DNA of 63,156 nt from the IMG/VR virus record IMGVR_UViG_3300032236_000575, positions 1 through 63,156 of that record. One strand, written 5' to 3'. Positions 1 through 8,099 of this stretch are shown here, piece after piece (the first letter of the stretch is position 1; each line of letters opens with the position of its first letter). Source of the DNA: a virus (Duplodnaviria > Caudoviricetes). The notes below the pieces were generated by a model that worked only from the letters and a program-made list of their open reading frames with translations, ran no database searches and had not been told where the DNA came from. The position numbers and the translations under genes are program-made.

Positions 1-123
1 CGAGGACGGCCTGAGCCAACTTGATGTCGGCAGCCCTGTCGGGACTCTGCTTCGGATCAGCAGCCGCGATCTCTTTCAACAGCGTGTACGCGGCCTCGTC
101 GCCACGGCTGGCAGCCCACTCCA
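1..123. repeat. Terminal direct repeat (assembly circularisation overlap), identical to 63034-63156
   Basis: Exact 123-nt identity between both window ends; a gene reads in frame through the junction. Confidence 0.95.
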
Positions 124-1384
124 CATACTGCGCGTGAGCGAACCCGTCATCGTGGATCGGCAACTCGTGCTGCTCCAGAACAGCACTTTCACCGATGTGC
201 CGGAAAGGTGACTCCGAACTGATCTTGTTGAACAGTGCCCCATGCACCTCGGCAAGGAGTCTGCTGTCCTCTGCACTCATCTCGTCTTGATTGCCTTCCT
301 CGGCCACCGGGGCAAGCGCGGCGGCTGGCGCAGCACCGACTCCCCACTGACCGTAATCACTTGTGTACGAATCGTTTTCATCGCATTGCACGCCACCGAC
401 AGTGACGAACCCGGCGTGCTGGAAAATGTTGATGCGAGGATCAACATTGCTGCCGGACCACGCTTCTGTCTGCCATGCCCATCGCGCTGTCTGATTACTC
501 AGTGCTCTCGACACCGGCCAGTAGCCGCCATAGATGCCGACACGATCGGGACCGAGAACAGAAGCGACACCGCGAAGATAGTCATCGATCTGCGCCTGCT
601 GCTCAGGAGTCGCATCCCAATCAGCACTGAAGTAGATCGGCCTATCAGCAGGACCGTTACACGAACGATGCTGAGCGTCAGCACTTTTCGCATCCTCGAC
701 ACCGGCCACGAACCCACCGAGCATGCGATCGGCAGTTGTCTCCCAGTTCGACACGATCGCCACACCAGCAGCATTCAACTGCGCTGCCTCGTCCGGCAAC
801 AACAACTTACCCGGCAAGCTCGCACCACCATCGGACAGATAGCGGCACACGAACTTGTACCCGGCGTTGATGATGTCGGCACCGTTGATGCGGCCACCGG
901 CATAGTCGATACCGCGAACATCGCTCCCGATCGGACCCGGCAGATACCACCACTGATTCCAGTAGGAGTTAGTCGGCTCAACCGCGCCGGACCCGCGAGT
1001 GCAAACACCGCAGTCACCGTTGTCCTCCATCAGCACACCATCAACCTCGATGTTTGTGTGACTGTATGGACCTCCGCCGCCGTGATGGATCGAAACTATC
1101 GCGACAGCGTCAGACGGAACATCCTGCGGCCCAGCGACATTCACGGTCCCGTAAGGGCCGACAGTGCCTGGACCGGCAATTGGATTCCATGATTCAGTGG
1201 AAACTGGATGACCCCAAGACATGCCATCACCTTTGGTGAGTGCCTCAAGGATCGATCCGACTAGACCCGAGCAGTCAGTGCCATCAGAGAGCGTGTCAGT
1301 CCATGCACCGCCGTAGACGTACTGCTGCCCGAGCCTAGCCTGGAAGATCGACTTCGCCAGTTCCACATTCTGGCGAGGTATCAA
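1..1384 (-). CDS. lysA: Lysin A (endolysin), 5' part: NlpC/P60-like peptidase + DUF1906/GH25-like glycoside hydrolase + C-terminal domain; continues at 63033-62693 (574 aa total)
   Basis: Missed by the ORF track because it crosses the junction. My translation from TTG 1384: MIPRQNVELAKSIFQARLGQQYVYGGAWTDTLSDGTDCSGLV...GIDYAGGRINGADIINAGYKFVCRYLS...PIYFSADWD...VGIYGG...WAWQTEAWS...DYGQW; GGGAG upstream. Confidence 0.9.
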   Translation of the reverse strand, partial: MIPRQNVELAKSIFQARLGQQYVYGGAWTDTLSDGTDCSGLVGSILEALTKGDGMSWGHPVSTESWNPIAGPGTVGPYGTVNVAGPQDVPSDAVAIVSIHHGGGGPYSHTNIEVDGVLMEDNGDCGVCTRGSGAVEPTNSYWNQWWYLPGPIGSDVRGIDYAGGRINGADIINAGYKFVCRYLSDGGASLPGKLLLPDEAAQLNAAGVAIVSNWETTADRMLGGFVAGVEDAKSADAQHRSCNGPADRPIYFSADWDATPEQQAQIDDYLRGVASVLGPDRVGIYGGYWPVSRALSNQTARWAWQTEAWSGSNVDPRINIFQHAGFVTVGGVQCDENDSYTSDYGQWGVGAAPAAALAPVAEEGNQDEMSAEDSRLLAEVHGALFNKISSESPFRHIGESAVLEQHELPIHDDGFAHAQYVEWAASRGDEAAYTLLKEIAAADPKQSPDRAADIKLAQAVL

Positions 1385-1385
1385 T

Positions 1386-1859
1386 CTAGGCTCCCGTCGT
1401 CCCGTCAACCGGCACGGTCGGATCGACCTGCTGCGGAACAGGATTCACCACAGCGGGGATGACAGCCGGATCAACCGGCGCAGGAGCCGAAGGCTCAGTC
1501 ACAGGCGCAGCAGGAGCAGCGGGATCGACAGCAGGAGCCGGAACCTTCGCAGCAGCATCCAACTGCTGAACAAGGTTGTCGAGGCCACTGAAATCAAGGC
1601 TCACTCCCGAGGGCGACTGCAGGAGCCGCTCCTTGATGGTGCTCAGGTCCGAAAGAGCCTGCGCCACATCAGCGTTCAAATGTTCTTGGTCCGACAAAAT
1701 GATCCCCTTTAACTTTCTTGTTTCCCTTACCAGATCAGCCATCTGCGTACACAGAAGACCGAACCTAAACCTGTACTCACTTGTGATCGCCGCGAAATAG
1801 CTCGTCGTCATAAACAACGCGGCAGCAACAGACGCGACAACCCAACACGCATCGCTCAC
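1386..1859 (-). CDS. Hypothetical protein (N-terminal hydrophobic helix, coiled coil, Pro/Ala-rich tail)
   Basis: ORF directly upstream of lysin A; an internal start at SDQEHL with a GGGGA SD is also possible. Confidence 0.6.
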   Translation of the reverse strand: MSDACWVVASVAAALFMTTSYFAAITSEYRFRFGLLCTQMADLVRETRKLKGIILSDQEHLNADVAQALSDLSTIKERLLQSPSGVSLDFSGLDNLVQQLDAAAKVPAPAVDPAAPAAPVTEPSAPAPVDPAVIPAVVNPVPQQVDPTVPVDGTTGA

Positions 1860-1946
1860 ACACTCACCTCAATGCGTAGAACTCGGCGCACAGAAAACCC
1901 CATGCAACCAAAATGATGAAAACCGTTGAAGCGAAAGCCTTCACGG

Positions 1947-2159
1947 TTAGGAACCGGACTCGACAAAGCCCTTGACGGTCTGCTCTGTCTGCTGCTTACG
2001 GGCAGACGCAAGAGCGTTAAAGAAACCACCGGACGATGCCGACGCTTTCTTGATCTTGCCCTGAGCGGTAACACCGGAATTGGTTTCCTGCCAAACGAAC
2101 TCATCGATGTCGTCGTCAAACAGGGTCATATCGTTGTAGATAACAGTGAGCTTCTTCAT
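1947..2159 (-). CDS. Hypothetical protein
   Basis: Start MKKLTV overlaps the stop of the upstream gene, GGAG SD. Confidence 0.6.
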   Translation of the reverse strand: MKKLTVIYNDMTLFDDDIDEFVWQETNSGVTAQGKIKKASASSGGFFNALASARKQQTEQTVKGFVESGS

Positions 2160-2494
2160 TTCCAGTCTCCGTATCGAATCGGGTAGATGTCGATGCATCC
2201 CTTGTCGGTTAGTTGTATTGGATGAGGCAGTTGTCGCTGCCCAGTCATCATCGGCAGAGAGCCGGGTCCATGCAGATAAATCATGTGCGTAAACGTCACG
2301 CCGCCGGGAACCCAAACCACTGCCCTGCCAACAACTTCCGAACCCTCCACAAGCCAATCAATCTGGCCGCGTTCATAGTCGAGAGAGAAAACAGGCTCAC
2401 ACACGGCTTGCGGACCTGGGCCGGGATCCCCAGACGAGAACCCGACATAAACAGGCCACACTTCAGCCGACAAAACGATCTCGCCGCCGCTCAC
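2156..2494 (-). CDS. Hypothetical protein (tail region)
   Basis: AAGGAG SD, GTG start, coupled to the downstream ORF. Confidence 0.65.
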   Translation of the reverse strand: MSGGEIVLSAEVWPVYVGFSSGDPGPGPQAVCEPVFSLDYERGQIDWLVEGSEVVGRAVVWVPGGVTFTHMIYLHGPGSLPMMTGQRQLPHPIQLTDKGCIDIYPIRYGDWK

Positions 2495-2523
2495 GGCAAC
2501 TCCTTCACAGTGGTGGGCAGCAA

Positions 2524-2540
2524 CGTTCCACGATGGAACG
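2524..2540. promoter_or_regulatory. Palindromic operator/parS-like site CGTTCCA-N3-TGGAACG (copy 1 of at least 7)
   Basis: Other copies at 20157, 34722, 40863, 44101 (one mismatch), and with an N2 spacer at 49410 and 53098; mostly intergenic. Confidence 0.65.
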
Positions 2541-2567
2541 ATGCTCGATGAAAGATGCTGCGTTGCT

Positions 2568-2924
2568 TTAGGTTTGCGTGTACGTCGGCGTGACCACGAT
2601 CTGGCCCTGACCCGACATCACAACGCTAGTAATCGATGCGTTATCGATCATGTTCGCCGCGCCGGTAGTCGCAGCGGAAGCAAGAATGATGTAGGTGATC
2701 GTCGCTGCCGGTGTGTTGATCGTGACGGCAGTGCCGGTGATCGCACCACCCGAAGCCGAACCCCACGTCGTCGCCACGCGAGCGTAAGCCGGTGAACCGC
2801 CGGTCACCTCGTTCGACGGCGTGGCAGTCGAGCCGGGGTTACCAGTCGCAAGACCGATGTAAGTGCCGAGCGTACCGTAATACGTCGCCATCGTGTTTTT
2901 AGTGGTAGTGACAGCAATCGCCAT
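2568..2924 (-). CDS. Minor tail protein
   Basis: PSNEVTGGSPAYARVATTW motif typical of small actinophage tail proteins; position. Confidence 0.7.
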   Translation of the reverse strand: MAIAVTTTKNTMATYYGTLGTYIGLATGNPGSTATPSNEVTGGSPAYARVATTWGSASGGAITGTAVTINTPAATITYIILASAATTGAANMIDNASITSVVMSGQGQIVVTPTYTQT

Positions 2925-2951
2925 GTGCGGCAATCCCTTTCGTTGTTGTGT

Positions 2952-3863
2952 TTACTGATAGAAGACGAACCAAGCGATACCACCGGCACCGCTGCCGCCG
3001 GACCCGCCGAAGCCAAGTACGACACCGTCGCCGCCGCCGCCGCCGAAACCGCCGAAGCCGCCAGCACTTGTGCCAGCCGCGCCGCCACAGTTCGAACCTC
3101 CGCCGTGCCCCGCATAGCCAGCCCCGGCAAAAGAACGCCCGTTGTAGTAATAGGTTCCAGGGTTACCGCCGGTTTGCGACGATCCTTGATAAGCGGCTGC
3201 GCCGCCACCACTGGCACTCATTATGCCGCCGATGTAGGTGGATCCTCCGCCCGTAGCCGCTGCGCCACCGCTTACACCACCGGCTCCACCTCCGCCGACA
3301 ACGAACCCAAGAGCAGTGGTTGTCCACGAAATGTGAACTCCGCGTTGGAGTGTGCGTGCGGCCCATCCCCCTGGACCTCCGCCGCCGCCGTTGTTGCAAC
3401 CAGCACCGCCGAACTGCCCACCACCTCCGCCGCCAAGGAAGATCAAGTCGATGTAGTTACACCACCACGGAATGTATAACGTTCCCGATGACGTGCTGCT
3501 TGATCCGCTTGGCGCGACATAAGGGAAACCTGCTGCAGCAGTTAATGTTCCGTTGTTGGAAAGATAACCGTTGGAGTTGTAGCGCATGAGCGTTGTTGCC
3601 CCGAGCGTTCCCTGTCCGTTGTCCGCCGATGCTGCTGAGTAGGAAGAGAACGCGTTAATGCCAGCCGCTGTACCTTGGCCGCTCATCGATGGACTGGCAA
3701 GCCTTTGCATCACCGTCGAGCCTGCCACTGTTCCAGTTCCGGTCAGTGCTGCTGTTCTGTTGTATTGAAGTACGGTGTTTGCGTAGAGCGTGCCGGTTCC
3801 GTTGGCTTGGCTTGAGAAGCCTTGGTAGATGTTGTTGATATTGCCAGTTAGTTTGCCTGTCAA
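2952..3863 (-). CDS. Glycine-rich minor tail protein
   Basis: IPWWCNYIDLIFLGGGGGG followed by a Gly-rich domain, typical of mycobacteriophage tail tips. Confidence 0.8.
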   Translation of the reverse strand: MTGKLTGNINNIYQGFSSQANGTGTLYANTVLQYNRTAALTGTGTVAGSTVMQRLASPSMSGQGTAAGINAFSSYSAASADNGQGTLGATTLMRYNSNGYLSNNGTLTAAAGFPYVAPSGSSSTSSGTLYIPWWCNYIDLIFLGGGGGGQFGGAGCNNGGGGGPGGWAARTLQRGVHISWTTTALGFVVGGGGAGGVSGGAAATGGGSTYIGGIMSASGGGAAAYQGSSQTGGNPGTYYYNGRSFAGAGYAGHGGGSNCGGAAGTSAGGFGGFGGGGGDGVVLGFGGSGGSGAGGIAWFVFYQ

Positions 3864-3869
3864 CGGGTT

Positions 3870-5042
3870 TCACGCAGCTTTTGCTTCTAGTGCGGCGATG
3901 CGCTCCTTTGCCGCGTCAAGTTCAGCTTTGAGATCTTTAATGGCAGCGGTGAGGTAAGGGACAACTCGCGAGTAGTCCACTGTCTGAGGAACAACATTGC
4001 CGTTGGTATCGACGGCATCCTTTTGCCCCATAACCACATGTGGTAGCACATCTTCGATCTCGTGGGCGATGAAGCCAGCATCGGGATCTCGTGCCGCCCT
4101 CTTCCAGTTAAAGGTTACGGGCCGGAGGGCGCACACGTCTTGTAGTCCGCCCGAGATGTCTGCAACGTTTTCCTTGAGTCGGTAGTCAGATGCGCTTTGG
4201 TATGTGACTGTGCTTCCGTTGGTGTAGACCTGGCCGACGTAGAGGTTGCTTGATCCGTAGTAGAAGCCGATCACTCCGCCGGTTGAGTTAACACGATGAT
4301 GCCAACTGGCAAACGATCCATTTGCACTGTCGTAGCAGTGAAAGGAACCGGCGTGATTGTTTCCGACTCCGTACACGTCCAGGGCACTGTACTGATTGAT
4401 GTACACCGTTGTGTTGCCGGATCCATCGATGAAATGCGCTGTGCCGGAACGAAAGTCCATCGTTCCTCTGCCAATCACGCCACTTGTGCCGCCTGACACC
4501 ACAATTCGGCCATCGTAATCAATCAGGGATGGGCCTGAGTTGAAGTCGATGTAGGGCGAGTTGTTGGTTCCGTTTCCAAGGTTGAGAGATCCGCCGTTGC
4601 CGTCACTCAGGGAAGCAATGCTTCCGTTGCTCCATGCGATGGCTGGGTCTGTCAGCGTCTTGCCGTTCAGCTTCGTATCGTTGTACGCCGCTCTCCAGTT
4701 AGCACCATCGCTCGCGAGGAACACTGATCCACCGGCAGGGATCGTCAAAGTTGCGCCATCAACAGTTTGAGATGACGTAGTCGCGATCGTCACCGAGTTG
4801 CTGGCAAGAATGTTCTTCAGCAAGTAGGACGAGGTGTTGCTTACTGCTGTGGGCAAGGTGATGGTTGACGTTGTGTTGATGAGGTAGACGTAGGTTGTGT
4901 TTGCGCCGGATGCCAGTGTGGTTGTGGTTGTGAGAGTTGTTGTGCCGCCGTATTTTACGGATGAGTTGACATCGGTGTTGGTGGCGTTCACGTCCGATGC
5001 GTTTAGCGTGTCGCCTGCTGCAAAGTTAGTTTTCAACGCCAC
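3870..5042 (-). CDS. Tail fibre/spike with C-terminal intramolecular chaperone (peptidase S74)
   Basis: SDYRLKENV...LRPVTFNWK...GFIAHE...VDYSRVVPYLTAAIKDL plus terminal coiled coil. Confidence 0.85.
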   Translation of the reverse strand: MALKTNFAAGDTLNASDVNATNTDVNSSVKYGGTTTLTTTTTLASGANTTYVYLINTTSTITLPTAVSNTSSYLLKNILASNSVTIATTSSQTVDGATLTIPAGGSVFLASDGANWRAAYNDTKLNGKTLTDPAIAWSNGSIASLSDGNGGSLNLGNGTNNSPYIDFNSGPSLIDYDGRIVVSGGTSGVIGRGTMDFRSGTAHFIDGSGNTTVYINQYSALDVYGVGNNHAGSFHCYDSANGSFASWHHRVNSTGGVIGFYYGSSNLYVGQVYTNGSTVTYQSASDYRLKENVADISGGLQDVCALRPVTFNWKRAARDPDAGFIAHEIEDVLPHVVMGQKDAVDTNGNVVPQTVDYSRVVPYLTAAIKDLKAELDAAKERIAALEAKAA

Positions 5043-5075
5043 AGTGATCTCCTAGTGAAATTGTGTTGTGCATGC

Positions 5076-8000
5076 TTATCGTTTGATCTCAACCGAAACC
5101 GCGCCGGGATACCCGTTCGACGCGGTGAGCGTGTTTGCCACTGCACCGTCCGATGTTGTCAGGTCTTTTGTGAGAAGCCGGTATCCCCAGTTTGCAACGC
5201 TGATGGCAGATACCCTTGCCGTGTAACCGGCAGGTGCTGCGTTGAAAGATGGTGCCGCGCCTGCCACTACATAGATGTCCATGAAGTGGAGAACCTGCGA
5301 AGCTCCCGATGTGTCAGACATGGTGATCGCTGGTGCCGTGCATGACGCAGCCTGTGCAGTCGGCTGTGTCGCTGCGCTTCCGCCAATCGGTGATGCGCCC
5401 TGACCCGAGAGCACGGCAACGATCATCTCGCCAGCATTCGTCCATGTCCCGCTGGTGTGGTTCGTCGCCGTCGCCACTGCGTAATACAGCTTCTGATAGC
5501 TGTTCGATTGAATTACTGACCATGTCGGCACTGTCCCTGCAGCGGATGGAACTGTCGGTGTGCTCACGCCAACCGCAAAGATGACGATGATGTCACCGAC
5601 ATTGTGCGAGGGGATGGTGACTGACGTTCCGAACGCACCGTTCGAACCCTTGTACTGCACTGCTTGTTTCGCCGTTGCCGACAGAGCACCAGAGCCAGAT
5701 ACTGCCCCGGCCACAGCCATGCTGGGAACAGTAGAAACCGAAAGCAAGCCGGAACCAGCGAAAGCAACTGCACTGCTGTAGATCTGAGACAGCGATGCTG
5801 TCAGTGCGCCAACACCAGTTTGGATGCCCTGCAGCAGAGGCACATTGATCGAACTCAAGGATCCCGAGCCGGAGAGTGACATTGCATTGCTGTAGATCTG
5901 AGACAGGGCAATCGAGATCGTTCCGATGCCGGACTGGGCATCATTCACGATTGGTGTGACCAAAGCCGACAGGGAACCAGAACCGGATGCCGCCCCTGCC
6001 ACAGCAGCACTAGGAACAGCGAAGGCCGAAAGCAGGCCAGAGCCGGACAGAGAAGAGTACGAAGATATTCCAGAACCCAACATAAGCGGCAAGACATAGG
6101 GGAACTGCGCCGCACTTGCAAATGCCGACAGAGCACCAGAGCCGGATGCTGAACCGGCCACCGCGACGATGGGTGAAGTGGAAGCCGAGAACAAACCAGA
6201 TCCGGCGAAACTGGTTGCCCTGCTGAAAAGCTGTGAAACAACGAAAGCCACTGTGCCAGTGCTTGATTGAGAGTCTTGCAGCAGCGGTGCGCCGGTTGCC
6301 CCGAGAACACCCAAGCCAGAAAGCGACACCACACTGTTGTAGATCTGAGACAGCACAGCAGCGAGAGCACCAACGCCGGACTGAACTTCGTTGATCAGAG
6401 GTGAACTAGTGGCCGACAGAACTCCAGATCCGCTGAGCGAAACGGTTTTCTGATAGATCTGCAGGAGAAGGAACGCGAGTGTGCCAACGCTTGTTTGTGC
6501 ATCGCCAAGTAAGGGCGAGTCGATCGCGTGCAGGCCGTCGAGAGAACTGTCCCAATCAGATGCGTCTAGCTCTCCAGAAGATGTGAGTCTTGCAGCGACA
6601 GAATAAAGTTGGTAGGCCAGGGACGCGAAGGTTCCCTCTCCAGCTTCTGTCGCTTGATTGGCGGAGAACTGGTAGTCGATGGCCTGCAGGCCGTCATTGA
6701 TCGCGGCATCGTAAGTTCCCTCGCCGCTGTAGAAAACGAAGTAGGGGTTTGTCGAGTAAGTCCACGCCGACAAGCCGCTGTAAAGATAACCGAATTGGCT
6801 TGTGTCCTGATTACTGAACGCACCGTTGTTGATGTACGCGACGATGTTGCGAGCTTTGTCATCGCTAGTAATCAGTCCTTGGCCCGACAGCGACACCGAG
6901 GTGCGAGCGATCTGCTTGATCGATCCACTGAAGTTGCCCTGGCATGTGAACTGCGGTGCGCGAGCAACTTCTAACGAATACCAACCATCAGCGAGTGGAA
7001 CAGGTCGCGGAGGTGGATCAACAGACCACTGCCCCGTCTTCGGTTGCTTAACGGGAAAAGGGGCGGCATCCCACGATCCTCCGCTCTGGCAGCTTTCTCC
7101 AACCTGCTGAAGATGTTGCAGCGCAATCTGATACGAGGTCAAACCGTGCATCGGGTCGCCCGGTGGCGGCTGCGTCGGATAGAGAACGTGACCTCCGCCG
7201 CCGTTGCTCAACACATGGCTCGAAATGTAGTTCAGCGTGTCGATGAAGCTCTTCACCGAACCGATGTTTGGTGTCAGCAGAGTAGTGGCAAGCCACTGAA
7301 GCACGTCGGTGCTCGTCGCATACTGAGTGATGAACGCAGCCGCGTTGACAATGTCTTGCCCACCGAGGCTGTCACCAACCCCGGCGATGATCTCGTCCTG
7401 GTTGACGAAGTCCCACATAATGTTTGGTGTGTTTTTCAGTCTGAGCGATTCGGGAAAGCAGCCGTGACCGCCGGTTGTCGATCCCGGTATGTCGATGCAG
7501 CCGGACCACAGAGAACCCGGCCATGTGTGATTCGTTTCCCTGCACGGGTTACCAAAGGTCACACATGTAAGCAGGTCCGCTTGCCTGGATTGCAATGAGC
7601 CATAACGGATCTCATCGATGATCGAAGACATCAAAGCAGCACCCTGCGAGTAGCCGCCCACAGCGAAGGGGCCAGGCTTGGAATTGATCAAATCAATAAC
7701 CACTTGCTTGCCTTGAGCGAGCGACGTGATCATCGGCAGTGCCGCTGCCGGGTAATCGACCTTGATTGCATCCCACAGTTTTGCGTCGAGCATGAAGGGG
7801 AATGGATCGTTTACTGGTGCGCCGTCGAAGGTGAATGTTCTGCCGTCGATGCCAGGGACGAGGATTGTTTGTCCACCTCCGATCTGGCCGTAGCCGGAAC
7901 CGAAGATGTCAAACAAGAACGCCGTTCCCGTCGCATAGTAGAAACGCGGCCTCGACTGTCCGCCATCGCGATTGGGGATGTCGCGAGTCGGAATGTCAGC

Positions 8001-8093
8001 GCGAGTCGAATACCGCGCAGGCTTGATCTGAGGAAGAGGCTCCGCACCGAAGACACCAGGGAAACGAAACGGAAGCAGTAGCTTGTCAAACAT
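5076..8093 (-). CDS. Minor tail protein with N-terminal LysB/cutinase-like serine esterase domain and Ser/Gly repeat stalk
   Basis: DYPAAALPM...GGYSQGA...VTFGNPCRE motifs; repeated SGSGxLSA units; within the tail module. Confidence 0.8.
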   Translation of the reverse strand: MFDKLLLPFRFPGVFGAEPLPQIKPARYSTRADIPTRDIPNRDGGQSRPRFYYATGTAFLFDIFGSGYGQIGGGQTILVPGIDGRTFTFDGAPVNDPFPFMLDAKLWDAIKVDYPAAALPMITSLAQGKQVVIDLINSKPGPFAVGGYSQGAALMSSIIDEIRYGSLQSRQADLLTCVTFGNPCRETNHTWPGSLWSGCIDIPGSTTGGHGCFPESLRLKNTPNIMWDFVNQDEIIAGVGDSLGGQDIVNAAAFITQYATSTDVLQWLATTLLTPNIGSVKSFIDTLNYISSHVLSNGGGGHVLYPTQPPPGDPMHGLTSYQIALQHLQQVGESCQSGGSWDAAPFPVKQPKTGQWSVDPPPRPVPLADGWYSLEVARAPQFTCQGNFSGSIKQIARTSVSLSGQGLITSDDKARNIVAYINNGAFSNQDTSQFGYLYSGLSAWTYSTNPYFVFYSGEGTYDAAINDGLQAIDYQFSANQATEAGEGTFASLAYQLYSVAARLTSSGELDASDWDSSLDGLHAIDSPLLGDAQTSVGTLAFLLLQIYQKTVSLSGSGVLSATSSPLINEVQSGVGALAAVLSQIYNSVVSLSGLGVLGATGAPLLQDSQSSTGTVAFVVSQLFSRATSFAGSGLFSASTSPIVAVAGSASGSGALSAFASAAQFPYVLPLMLGSGISSYSSLSGSGLLSAFAVPSAAVAGAASGSGSLSALVTPIVNDAQSGIGTISIALSQIYSNAMSLSGSGSLSSINVPLLQGIQTGVGALTASLSQIYSSAVAFAGSGLLSVSTVPSMAVAGAVSGSGALSATAKQAVQYKGSNGAFGTSVTIPSHNVGDIIVIFAVGVSTPTVPSAAGTVPTWSVIQSNSYQKLYYAVATATNHTSGTWTNAGEMIVAVLSGQGASPIGGSAATQPTAQAASCTAPAITMSDTSGASQVLHFMDIYVVAGAAPSFNAAPAGYTARVSAISVANWGYRLLTKDLTTSDGAVANTLTASNGYPGAVSVEIKR

Positions 8094-8099
8094 CAGCCG

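Noticed and set aside
1-123. Terminal repeat as a biological direct terminal repeat
   Set aside because: It falls inside the lysin gene and the phage looks cos-type; best explained as assembler overlap
242-1192. 316-aa plus-strand ORF and other long plus-strand ORFs (13347, 16819, 17707, 29510, 32216, 58596)
   Set aside because: Antisense shadows of clear minus-strand genes in GC-rich DNA; no recognisable motifs
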